Below the pieces are notes generated by a model. That model was not told the origin of the DNA and did not search any database. It was given only the letters and a program-made list of their open reading frames with translations. A stretch of 64,000 nucleotides of DNA from Podarcis liolepis (taxonomy: Eukaryota), in the NCBI GenBank assembly GCA_965112155.1, contig OZ218100.1; one strand, written 5' to 3'. Shown here piece by piece: positions 36,478 to 50,100 of the stretch. Numbering within the stretch: position 1 is the stretch's first letter; every line of letters starts with the position of its first letter. The translations under genes and the position numbers were made by a program.

Positions 36478-38197
36478 TTGCTATAGGCACATTTTTAAAG
36501 TCAATGGTTTGGATCTGAAGTCTGACTCCATATGAGTGAAGGGTATCTCGACTTGCTCTGAGGGAGCTCCCCATTTCCCCTCAGCTGTAGCCCCCCCTTG
36601 CCACAAGCCACACCCCATCCTTATCATTCTCCAGGATCCGCTGAACTCCGGGTCAGCTTTCTAAGGAAAAGGGAAGTGAAGGAAACCCTGTTCTGCCAGT
36701 GGCTGTTGGAATCCGACTCAAAGCTTTCTATGCAAACAGCAAGAAAAACACCAGCTAAGAATCACAAGTTGAGTTTTGTCAAACAATGGAAAACTGCTTT
36801 GCAGTTAAATTGTAGGTATGTCAATGGCTGACTGGCCAGGACGCAACCTGGCGATTCACTTTTACATCTTTAAAACTTTTAACAAACTGGGGGGATGAAC
36901 CAGCTGTGGCTTCTACACAGTTCCCGGTCAGAAGGATAGGGAAGAAAAATGCCGCAGGTGGTTCATCTCACACTTCTGTGGCAACTTTAAAAGGGACAGG
37001 CTACAACTTGGGGATGTCAATTTTTAAAGGGAGTAAGATGTCTCCCCCCTCCCCCCCATTGCATTCTCTAATGCTGAAAGAAGGGGAGAGAGTCAGCATT
37101 CAGGTACGGATGCTGCTTAAGTGCCAATTAACTTCCCCGTCACTTATGCAAATTAAAACCTAGTTGACAAAATCAAACTGAACCACCAAACTGCTGCAGA
37201 CTTGTGATAATGGAATTAAAAATACAGTAAGCACAATCAAACGTTTTTCTCCTGCACAAATCGTGACTGAAATGAAGAGTCCAGCTTTTTCAATGAATCT
37301 TTCATTTCAAAAAGATCACATGTGGGAGAATTACTCCAACTTCAGTGCAACACAGAGCAGACTTCTAGTTGACTCACAAAAGGAGCCCAACTCATCTAGG
37401 ATGGCTTCTCAATAGTCCATTTTGTTCTTGGGACTCTCAAATACAGGGGCACACAGAGACTGCATCATTGATCAAGAGTGCCCATGAGCATGTGCAAGCT
37501 GTCTTATCCCAGCCGCCACCCAACAAGCATTTTGAAGGGGGAAAGCCATTCTTTCTACACATGTGCACTGTTCACAACAGACACTATAGCATGTCTATTT
37601 GGTAACTGGGTGTCAGCCCCGTGAGAAGTCGCTCCCAGAGTCAAAACATTTCCATACATTTTCAAACCAGTATTAAGTTTTGGGCCCTGCTTTACTTCAA
37701 ATTTAAGGCAAGTGTGTTTTAAACTACTGGGGGAGGAAAAACACCTTAACACAGACAAAAAAACCTTTGTTGTACAAATCACAATCACATGCATTATCTA
37801 CAGTTAAAAAATATGAGTTTGGATTACAGTCTTGAAATTGTGAATCATAATTTTCAGCACCTATCATATTGACTAGTAAGGCAACTGCAGTGACGAATAT
37901 ATCTATGTATTTATATATAGATATATGCACACATACTACAATAATACTCCCTTCCACAGTTTACACTCGTGTCTGTGACCACCCAGTATGATCAACACCA
38001 TCAACTTGAGCCTATGGCTAGTTTCTAGGATGTTTTGCACTTGTTAAGTCCTACATAAATCAACACTATTCTAGGCAGGAATAGCTACAGTAGCTGTCAA
38101 GAATTATATCAGTGCACAACACATATTGTGCTTACAATCAGATGATTTTTGTTGTTGTTGTTGCCCGGAATATCAAAATGGCTTCTCAGTTTGGTCT

Positions 38198-38329
38198 TCA
38201 ATCCTTCCTTTGTTTTCTTTGCTTCACATTGTTCTCAAGGGAAGAAAAGCTATTTGTATACCCGTTCACAGCAGCCATGGAACCATTCTGATACTCTTTC
38301 CTTCTGGACGCTGCCTTTTTGTTGTAAGT
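38198..38329 (-). CDS. ELOVL5: ELOVL5 terminal coding exon (exon 8)
   Basis: [46 protein letters not shown]; TTTTTTTAG| acceptor. Confidence 0.95.
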   Translation of the reverse strand, partial: TYNKKAASRRKEYQNGSMAAVNGYTNSFSSLENNVKQRKQRKD

Positions 38330-40762
38330 CTAAAAAAATAATCACATAGGTCAGTAGTGAGCTTTCGCCCCACACAGCAACAAAGCAGCAAACTTGCCAA
38401 TTTAATTTTGTTATTTAACAAGCATCTTGCCCCTTCATATGGACGTAAGACTAGGAAGCATACACCCTATTCAGATTCAATGACAAAACATAACATCCCT
38501 TTTTGATATCTTGGTATGGGAGCAAGGTATGGTTTGTACAAACCACAACTTCCCATATAAAATGGAACAGGAAACTACAGTTTGTTTGCAAGGGAGGAAG
38601 AGTGGCCAAAGGAAAGGCAAGAATGAAACCAAGGGTCTTGCCTTTGTGCCCCTAAACTATGGTTAATGTTAACCACAGTTTGTTGAAACAAGCCAGTTTC
38701 TTAACCTATAAGCTGGCTTGGTTTCAACCTACCATAGTTAAGATTAACCAGTCTGCTGATGACACAGAAAGCTGTGGTTAATCTAAAACTGAAGTGGAAG
38801 TTTCCTAGCTCCCCATGTTTGGGCAATGCATGAGCTCATTTCTGCAACACTAAACTATGGTTTCATTTCATATGGCCAATGTCAGAGATGAAGGCAGTTG
38901 TAGTCCAGCAACATATGTAGAACATCAGTTTGGGGAAGGCTTGTTTAGCATTACAGCCAAACAAAACAAATATATATAGTATCTCTATCCGCTACTTATA
39001 GCTACTATTTTCTTATTAGAATAGAATGCTTTTTGGACCAACACTGGGGTGGGGGGGGAGTAAGTCAATAGGAATTGACTGCCCCTTGTATCTATTACGT
39101 AAGATTCTAGTGGCGACAGAGAAGGCCAATTCTCTCACACAGCAGCAAGTGCATAAGAGAGAGTGCAAGTTCCCATCTCCATTTTTTGCGTACGGTTGGC
39201 AGGCAGGGAATGCTTCCTGCTGCTGCATTACAACACCAAAATAATTATAAAATTGACTATTGGTGGTGGTCCTGGGAAGTTAACCATGTCTACTGCTAGG
39301 ATCCAACTGTCCACTAACTTTTGGAAGTGCATTCTGATACACAAACTTTCTAGTTGTTATTTTCTTCATCGACATTTGCAAAAAACAAAAACAAAAAAGA
39401 GGAATAAATCTTAATTTACCTGAATATAGAAATTTGTGAAAAGGATAATTAGGGAGATCATGTAGCCTATCTGGAAGTACAGCCATCCCAGGGGAAATGG
39501 ACAAGGATAAACCACTCCACAGCTTGTCTGGAAGATTGTCAGGACAAATTGAGTCTGTTAAAGGTAAAAAAAAAGAAAAAAGAAAAATGAAAGGATGAAC
39601 AAGAATACAGACAAACAAAGGAGTACATTGAACCCATTCCCTATGTAGCAGTATAGCTGGGTATGAATGTGGAGATTTTAAATTGCCTTTTGTACTTGGC
39701 TGTAAGAGACTGGTGGTTGTGCCCCTTGGAAGACCCCATTGCTCTCCAAGTGGGAGATGGGTAGGTACCGCACACCCTGTACAAGTTTGGCCCCTTAGCT
39801 GTGCCATTCAATTAAGCTCAAGTATTCGCAAGTAGAGAGCATGTCAATATTATGAAAGGGGGAGGAAAGACTACAAGTTTACTTCTGCATCTCAAAATCT
39901 ATCACCTTCCCAAGGCAGCTCACGTTGAAAACAAAGGAAGCTACTGAAATCTCTACTGTACGGTCACTGCTTAAAATATATATCATGTGGCTGGTCTTAA
40001 GTTTACAAGGGTTGAGTTAGACACTGAAAAGAGCTGAGTATTGCTCCCATTCCTCCATGGTTAGGAAAGCATAGTAAAGCGTGACTTACAAGTGACTTGG
40101 TGCACAAGTGAGAGGTTTGTAAGGAGTAGCTAGGGTATAAGTGGTTCTCTACTTCTGTTATATGTAGCTTCGTCATCTTAAAAAGATTGTGGCATCCAGT
40201 CTGAAGGGGGCATTATATAACTAAATGTCCCCCATTAGAGTAACACACAGGTCACCCAACAATCGACAGCACATGGTTCCTCGCCGAAGAGCATTTGATC
40301 CTTCCCACACAATATCTGCTAGCTTGAGTTAAAAAATAAGCAGCCACAATAAGCATATGAGGAAAAAAGAACGTACAGAGGCACCATTTACTCACCAGCT
40401 GCCCCTGCGTGATATACTTCTTCCACCAAAGATATGGACGCATGGATGGAACGGCCGATAACCCATAATAGGAATACATGAGGACATGGATAAAGCTGTT
40501 AAGGGTGGCACCAAAATAGGCTGGAAACAATAGAAAGAGATGGTAAGTGATTATTATTTTTTTGCAACAATATGCATTATAGCAAACATGCTTGAACTGT
40601 TGTTCTATGCAAGTTTAAACCACTAAACTGACCTGCTGAACTTTCCTTTTCTTTTTTGCCAATTAATTTTTTATTGATTTTCAAAGATTTTTTAACAATT
40701 TAACTTCAAATTTAATACAAATTTCATAGAAGAAGAAGAAGAAGAAGAAGAAGAAGAAGAAG

Positions 40763-40793
<31 letters not shown>

Positions 40794-43700
40794 TGTTGTT
40801 GACTTCCCGTTCTCCCTCCCTGGTGTTTCCATTCCTACCCTTTCCTTCTGCAATATATAACATACTTTTATCTATTACATTTCCCCATTTCCCCTTTATT
40901 ACAATTCATTATTCATTTATTTCCCAGCCCCTGCCCCATTTCAATTCCTCTGACCTGCTGAACTTTTCAAAAACTTAACACAAAACTGCAAAGGCAATGA
41001 TTGATATATATATATATAGATAGATAGATAGAGAGAGAGAGAGAGAATCACAGATGTCCAAAGTCAGATCTGCCATGCAAATTGAGTTTAACTGCCTTAA
41101 GAGCAATGTCTCTCCCCTCCTAAAACTGGCTTGGACTGTGTTTTTAAGAGGTGGGCTATGAATGGTAATCCCCTTCATGGATCACTGGCTTGTCATGGCG
41201 AAGGGGCTTGAATAACTCAGAGAAGCCATGAGCAATGCCATGCAGGGCCACCCAAGATGGACAGGTCATAGCCAAGAGTTTAGACTAAATGTGATCCACC
41301 TGGAGAAGGAACTGGCAAACCAGTATTTTGCCAAGAAAACTCCATGGACATAAAAAAGGAGAAGTTTTGAGAAGAAAGTAAGAGTTTCCAAAACTCTGGT
41401 TCATGGGGTCACGAACACGACTAAGACAATAAAACAACAACATGAATGGTAACAAGATTGCCAGCTCCTTCACAGGCTCTGATCCTGAATCTAGTTGCAT
41501 GCAACAACAAGCTTTCAGCCTTCAGGTTAGGGACATTCACTCCATCCGCATAGTAAGGCAGAGATGGAAACAGGAAGCCCTATCTGCACCAGGTTGTATA
41601 TGCAGAGGCTGCTGCACCCGATGCTTTCCAGCTGAATGAGTACCCCAATGTGAATTCACACCCAGATGTGCATCATCAAAGAATTGATGCCACCAAGGGC
41701 ATCAAAGCGCAGCAAGCAGCAACTGTTTCCTCATCCCTTTCTTTCAATGGGCTGGTGCAGCAGCTACAAACATTGGATTGCCAGCTCTGCATATTCTCCG
41801 TGCAGTTTGCAAGTGTCGTTGTTCATTCAAATTCATTTTCTCCTGCCTTTCCTTTAAAAGAAATGCTCAAATGTGGGCTTACAACTTAACCAGCACATTT
41901 TTTTAAAATGCAAAGATTAATTACAATAAAAAAGAGAACAGGCTGAGAGTGTGTTTGTTAAAAAATCAGAATCATAGAATCATAGAATCATAGAGTTGGA
42001 AGAGACCACAAGGGCCATCGAGTCCAACCCCCTGCCAAGCAGGAAACACCATCAGAGCAGAAGCGTTCCTATTGGGTATACAGTGGACCCTCCGGATACG
42101 AACTTAATTCATTCCAGGGGTGCGTCTGCAACCTGAAAAGTCCATATCTGGAGGTGCTGCTTCTGCACATGCATGCGGGGTGAAACCCGGAAGTATACAC
42201 TTCCGGGTTTGCCGCGTTCACACCCTGAAGTTTACGTATCCGGAGGGATACATAAGTAGAGGTATGACTGTAGTAGGTGAAGAAATGCCAAAGAGAGATC
42301 AAAAACTGTTGATGTATGCAACTACAGCAGCAAGGACTCTTTTAGCTCCCAGATGGAAACAACAAGAATTACTAACGATTGAAGAGTGGCAGACGAAGAT
42401 GATAGAATATGCAGAATTGGCAAAGCTGACCAGGAAAATAAGAAACCAGCATGATCAAGCTTTCCAAAAGGACTGGGGTAAATTTGTACAATATTTGAAG
42501 GACAATCGCAGAGAATTAACAACACTAGCAGGAATGATCTAAAAGGCTTGTAATGATTATGATTCATACCTTCTTATATTTATTTGAAAACGTGACAATT
42601 AAAATGATGAAAGATAAGTAGGAAAAAATACAAATGCTATGAGATAGAAAGGAAATGTGGTAACCATGAGGTGGGTGGGAGGGAAGTCGAATAGCTCGTA
42701 AGAGCAAAAAAATTACTGTGGAAAAATAAGGATGTATTTAAATGTTATAAAATGGAAAGTTAATAAACATTATATTTAAAAGAGAGAGAGCAGGCTGGAA
42801 GCAGGTAAAATAGTTCTACTGAGGCTGGTTATGATCACTTGGAACCACGACAGTTCCCATGCACTGTTCTTTGAAGACTTTTGGAGTGCCAGTTTCCCAC
42901 TGTACTTTAACAAATCCAGCTTGCCAGCCAACCACAGAGCAAGCTTGCAAGTAATATTTGGCCAGAGAACAAATTAAAAGGCCATGTCAGAGATCAGGAG
43001 CTTGATGGATGAAAGCTTTGGCTTCAAGTTATTAGAAATTTTGTATGCAGAGTCGATGGCTTGCTAAGAAAACCCTAAGAGCAGTTGGATAACAGCTGAA
43101 AGAACAGAGGGAGACACACAGAACTGACCCAGCTTTGCGGAGGAGGTTGCTGTAACAAGCTGCTGCCAAACCAGCACAACCCTACCCATTTCCAACCAAG
43201 GAGACTGTTTTCCCAAAAAGTGAAGGTGTGCATTAACACACCCTCTTCAAACAGAATGAGTCTTTCAGGAAATGCACACACGCACAGGTCTCTCGTCACG
43301 AATTACAAGAATACTTACAGTGGCCACAAGGCACCCAGTTCATAACAAACCACCAGATGTTAAGCATTGTTGCATGGTGATAGACATGAAGAACGGTGAT
43401 CTGGTGGTTATTTTTCCGTAATATAAAGAAGAAAGTATCCATGAACTCGATGAGCTTTGAGAAGTAGTACCACCAAAGGACACGTATGATCTAAAAGGAG
43501 GAGGAAAGAGGTCAGGCATTTGTTCCACAGAAGCAAATGAAATAAGACAGCTCATGGCAAATTCTACCAACCCAGCAAATAATCTCTCCCTGCCCTGCCC
43601 AGCCCCACAGATCCTGGTGATCAATAATCATTGCAATATAGGCCTAGTTCAAACAGAATGCTATGTCATTCATTTGAATCCAGCCTAGCATACTAACCCT

Positions 43701-44092
43701 GGTTATTTTGTAGCAACAAACCACTATTTAAAGCCATGGCTTGGCTGATGCATGTGAAGCCATGGCTTGCATTAAGTGCAGTGGAACACGCCAAGCTACA
43801 GAGGCATGAGGCAAGAGCAGGAGGTGGGAAACAAAGCTTTGCAGAAATAAATCATGGCTTGTCTGGCCTCTGAGGTTCTTTTAACCATGGTTTGTTCAAC
43901 AAGCCATGAGCAAATGATGGCTTAGTGTTACATAATATGCTTTGCCAATAACAGCACCATCATTCAGAAATGATGATCTCAGGAAGAGAGCCAGCAGAAT
44001 GCTTTAGCCAAGTTTGGTTGATGGTCAACAACCATCAGAGGCGACTGAAAATTGGGTTATTGGGTACTCACCCATACAGTGTGACAGTCATG

Positions 44093-44131
<39 letters not shown>

Positions 44132-47100
44132 ATCATCTATCAAAATGAATAAGCCACTTATTTTTTTTTAAAAAAAAACCACCTCTAAGCAGTTCACATA
44201 AAGTAGTCATAAGAAAATAGCAGTAAAGTCTACAGACTTGGAACTAAGTAGACATAATAAAATATAGATCACAGAATTGTACAGTCATAAGGGACCATGG
44301 GAGGGGTCTAATCCAACCCCCTGTAATGCAGGGATCTTTTGCCCAACGTGGCACTAAAACCCACAACCCTGAGATTAAGAGCCTCATGCTCAACAGACTG
44401 AGCTATCCCCAGGACCACTTTTAAAAACAAACTTAAAAGATACTTGAAGGCAGAAATACTTAGTGGCAGCTCCAGCCCAGTGTACCAGTGCTGCCTTCTT
44501 TCTGACCTGATGCAGCAAGTAGGCCATCAGGCTGGTACAGGCAGATGAGGAAGGTGGGAGTTGCATGAGGCAATGCTGACCGAGTGGCAGAGGAGGCCTC
44601 TCCATTCTTATCTCTAGATACTGAACATGGCCCCTTAAATGCTGACTCATGTGCCAGTCATGTCTGAGAGAAGGCCTCGTCCACAAAGATGTATAGTACC
44701 TCCTGAACAGGGTTTAATGTGCCCACACCCAATGATGTGCTGGCCCAGAGTACACAGCAGATGTACAGGTTGGTGAATGGGATATGTGGCTTTCTGACAC
44801 CCTTCTCTTTGTGCATTAGTTACCAGAACAGGGTAACTTGCTCCATGTTCTCAGCAGGGCTTTGGTCTTGACCTGAGAGTTGTTAGTTTTGCTAGGTTGA
44901 AGGCAGCTTCCTATGCTGTCCCCAAGACAGGGAAGTTTCGAAAACAGCTGGCAATGCATGTGTGCTGTTCAAAATAAAGTAAGGTGCTTTCTGGGAGGAC
45001 CTAAGTCCCCGGGCATGCTCTGGATTGTAGTCATAAAACCAAAACAGTGACTAAAGCAAAAGAGGCAATGATTTAGAAGCCTATTAAAGTGTACCTCAGG
45101 TGCACCAAGACACTCAGGGGAGAGGTTTTAATCTCTACACTGCTACTGTGATCTCCGAAGAACAATCTGAGCAACAAACAGAGGATTGTGCTACTGTATT
45201 CCCTAAAAGGAAATTGCTTTCCTCCAGGCTGGGGAGAATGAGGCACAGAAGATTGGGCTGATGTGGAAGGAGAGAAACGCTGCTGCAAGCAAGCAACCGT
45301 AATGTGAAATCACGAAGAATTCTTGTTCCACAAACATGCCAAAACCTGTGTTAAGATGATGTTACAGGACACGGAACTGTTCAACCTCGTACCTGACACT
45401 GAGAACTTGAAAACCAAACTGGAGTTCAGAAAGGTGAGCAAACAGATATCCACACTGTTGTATGGAGAAGAGCCAATTTTGGAAAAATTAGAACTTTTAT
45501 TTGGCGTGAAATCTTTCCCACATTTCTCTCCACAGGAAGTTGATTTTCAGTCCAATGCACATAAATCTGATGATGATGATACTGTCCCCCATTTTGTGGA
45601 ATCCCTCTCAACGTATAACATCATCTCTTCCCTAACATATTAATCTTATTTCTATAATGTCAATGAAAAGAAGAAGAAAGAAGAGTGTGTAGACTTCAGC
45701 TAACCTGCTGGTTGGAAGATGAAGAAAACAGCTAAGTCTACTTTCAATAAAGTGAAAGAACACTACTGTCCATTTTAAGCCCATACACTTCACACACAAA
45801 ATCCAAGACACCTCATTGTTTGGTGCTATGTCTCCTGGTTTGGTAAGAGCCTATCTGGTTCTTTGGTAGGAGCCAATCACCCTTTCTGGTTTGGATGACA
45901 CAGAGAACTCTGGTATAAGAAACCCAGACATCTGTTCTGAAGACAATCACCCAAGCAGGTGAGAGAATGTATACAGGGGATGGCTCATTCCCATTTGAAC
46001 AAAACATGGTTTATCAGGCCAAGATTGTGACATCTGAACTGGCCCCAAATTTCATAATAGGGAGATTCTGAAAGTTAGAAAGGAAACTCATTGGCATGAT
46101 TACATGGATTGACCTTTCAGTGATGTTTCAAAAGCTCTAGGCATGAGAACCCAAAAGGCATGTCGTATTGGACTTCTGGGACTACACCAGACCAAAAAGT
46201 CCTAAAGAAACTTGAAGGGCCACAATTGGCCCCTGGTCCTGCAGTTCCCCACCCTTGGCCTACTGGGTTTTGGCACCACTAACTAAATTAGCCGTCCAAA
46301 ATTTAGTTGAGTCAAGTTGGTGTCACCCATAACAGCGTCCTAAAGATACCTGGGTTGATATTGCTCATGCTTTTAACATCTACACATCTGAAATATCTTT
46401 CATTCTTTTCTTTTTTTAAAAGGTAACTTGTAAAAGCATAAGCTTATCGATTTGCATCAGCTAAAGCAAACTAACATGGAAAACAGAAGAAGACAGCTGA
46501 TTTTCCTGGGATGCCGCAAAACAACACAGAAGTGGAATCGTCTTGTAGCCTTCACTAAAGAAGTTACTCGCTGCTTTTGAAATGCAGACACTTGTAACAG
46601 GGTCATTTCTTTTCAGGTTTTAAAACACTGCTTCTGTCTGTGATCTAATTTTATCATTTTATATAATGAGTTGTGCACTACATCTGTCTCACAGTGTCCT
46701 CTCGAAGGATATGAGATACTTCATTCTTTGTCGCTAGTTATTACTGTTCCTCCATTCAAACTGTCACATGCAAATGTCAAAAAGTGTTTCCTTAGAAGTG
46801 TTCAGTACTATAAGAAATAAAGGAACTGAAAATGAGGGAATTAGGCAATTATGATTCTTATTTGTTCACTGGCTATAATGGGAGATGTAATTTTCAGGCA
46901 CTATGTTCCGAGGGAGAGACAAGTTAAAAATAGTTTCATGGTTTTCCAGTTCTTTTGACTGCAGGCCAATTTCAGATTTGCTTTTATAAGAACATTTTGC
47001 TTGCTGGACACTGACAGGTAAATAAATCTGTCTGGGATATCCTGGCAGGATTCAGAAATGTTCCAATAGGGTTCACTCTAAGAATTCAATATCTAACACC

Positions 47101-50100
47101 CCAGGAAAGAAAGAGCGTGGAGAAGCTCTTCCAGGATTCCCAATTTAGCCATGAACTTCACTGACTAATCTTGGGAAAGCTACTATTTCTTAGCCTATTC
47201 TACACCACATGAGCTTTTTTATTTGCTTTTTATTTAAGAGAACCTCTAAACTGCTCAGTATTTAAAAACATCTAAGTGGTGTCCAATAATGCAACATAAA
47301 AACAATAAAACAGTATCCTAAAAACAGAGATACAAACATAGACAGTCGTATAAAAACAAAAATCCAGTAATGACAAGGTCTAACCTTATTGGTCCAGAAA
47401 AGTCTGGGCAAAATTGTATGTATTTATAAGACACCAGAGGGAACCACTGGATGATGTTTCATATATTGAGTTTGAATCCTGACAAGACAAAAGTACTGTT
47501 TTGGGGGGACAGGCGGGTGTGGAGGACTCCCTGGTCCTGAATGGGATAACTGTGCCCCTGAAGGACCAGGTGCGCAGCCTGGGAGATATTTTGGACTCAC
47601 AGCTGTCCATGGAGGCACAGGTCAATTCTGTGTCCAGGGCTGTTGTCTACCAGCTCCATCTGGTACGCAGGCTGAGACCCTACCTGCCCTCAGACTGTCT
47701 CACCATAGTGGTGCATGCTCTAGTTATCTCCTGCTTGGACTAGTGCAATGCGCTCTACATGGGGCTACCTTTGAAGGTGACCTGGAAACTACAACTAATC
47801 CAGAATGCGGCAGCTAGACTGGTGATTGGGAGCAGCCGCCAGGACCATATAACACCGGTCTTGAAAGATCTACATTGGCTCGCAGTACATTTCTGAGCAC
47901 AATTTAAAGTGTTGGTGATGACATTTAAAGCCCTAAAAGGCCTTGGCCCAGTATACCTGAAGGAGCGTCTCCACCCCCATCATTCAACCCGGACACTTAG
48001 GTCTAGCACCAAGGGCCTTCTGGCAGTTCCTTCATTGCGAGAAGCAAAGTTACAGGGAAGCAGGCAGAGGGCCTTCTTGGTAGTGGCACCCACCCTGTGG
48101 AATGCCCTCCCATCAGATGTCAAAGAAATAAACAACTATCTGACATTTAGACGACATCTGAAGGCAGCCATGTTTAGGGAAGTTTTTAAGGACTGGTTTT
48201 TTAATGTATATTTAATCTTTTGTTGGAAGCTGCCCAGAGTGGCTGGGGAAACGCAGCCAGATGGACGGGGTATAAATAATAAATTATTATAATCATATTA
48301 TATTGTAGAAAAAAGGGTGGAAAACGTTCATAGTGATATTCCACAGGGTGCAGTGCTAGAAGCAAAATCTCCTCGCATATGTGCTCTACCCTGAGCTCCT
48401 TAGGGGAGAATTGTGCTAGGTAGATTAAAATTTCTATGGGCATAGTGGTTTCTATGCCACATTGCATTAACCACAAGCTTATGTTTCTAGCAACCATCTC
48501 CTAAGTTCCCATTCAGTTACTGTATAACGCAAACCAAGTCCCAGAAGTTCTCATGGTCAGCTGGAGAACAATGAACCCAGCCTGCCTCTTGACCACACTA
48601 CAATGCTAGGAGTGACAGCGTGCTGCTGGGAACAATGGTTACAGGAAACGGATCTCTTTCAGGAGGAACCGGGTCATTAAGAGAGCCAAGGATTGGATGA
48701 AGAACAACTCAACTCTCATGCAGGGGGGTGGGTTGTGTTTTGAATGGTTGCCCTTTCTCTCACCACTACCCATGGCAATGCCATTTGGCTGATTTTACTA
48801 GTCTAGCATCTCCTTCACCCTGTGACGAAGTGGGGCAAGGGGAGGGGAAGTGATAGCCAATAGCTGTGTTGGTCCATAGTGGGCGTGGTTGGAAATCCAA
48901 AAACCTACACCAGGGCAGTACCTTTATTAGGTCCAAACAATATCTTACAAAACAGTGAGCAAGTTTTGCAATTCAAGCTAGTGAAAAGCTTTCATGCTTT
49001 CTTTAAATTATCATTTCGTTTGCATAAGTTTGTATACCTCCAGCATCAAGAGCTCAAAATGGAAAACTGTGGAATGCCCAGAAATGTATACATTTCCTAC
49101 AAAAGAGACACAAAACTTTTGATTCTTGAGTATGCTAAAGCTATCCAATATTAGAAGCGGTGCCCCCCATTTTAGTCTCACAACAACCTTGTGCGGTAGG
49201 GCTAGGCTTATAGATATTGACTAACCCAAAACATTTAACCACCCTTCATTTGGCTCTATGCACAAGACAGAGTTAAGCCAGAGATTCATGGCTGGCTAAG
49301 TTGGGACAGTGCTTTCTATGTCTTGTCTAGCATCCTTTAATGCTAGAAATGAAAGCAGCTGACAGAAGGAGAACATGTTCAATTGCCTCCTGAATATTTA
49401 TCTGCATGGCTCCTAAACCAATGCAGTAACTTGGAGCAAGCACTGCCATCTCCATCTCCTTGTTAACGACGGAAGGGATGTGCACCAGTTTCTAAGTGCA
49501 CCAAATCACCCGTGGCACTGCCAAATGATGAATTCAACCAACTAAAGCACAATTTTATTCCAGGAAAGTATCTTTATTCAGTGCCAGTAAGCCAAATTAC
49601 AGTTACATGTATTTCCCACACACCCTACAGAGACAGGCTCCTCATAAAACGAGGGAGTTTCAAGGTAGGAATTTCAGAGAGATCCACTGAAAACATATGT
49701 TAAGTAGCAATACACAGAACAGAGCGGGCTGTACTTCTCACAAGCCTTGAGTTATCAACAATGGGTGCTTGCATTGCTCCTTTATGCTCAGATATGTCTA
49801 GATCAGGGTTTCTCAAACTTGGGCCTTCAGCTGTGTTTGGACTACAACTCCCATCACCCCTAGCTAGCAGATCAGGGATGGATGGGAGCTGTAGTCCAAA
49901 ACCAACTGGAGACCCAAGTTTGGGAAACTCTGGATGGACTAGATGGATTTAGTGACGATGCACTAACTTTCCTTTCAAGGCACTATCAAACCATGCAAAT
50001 TACAGCAAAGCCTTTCCTTTGGCAATAACAGAGAAGGGTACACGTCCTTCCCAAATATGTAAGAACTGTACTGACCTTCGCTCCAAATGCAAGAAGCAAA

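Noticed and set aside
39280-39807. 175-aa minus-strand ORF across ELOVL5 exon 7
   Set aside because: It is in a different frame from the conserved exon, has low-information sequence and crosses both splice sites.
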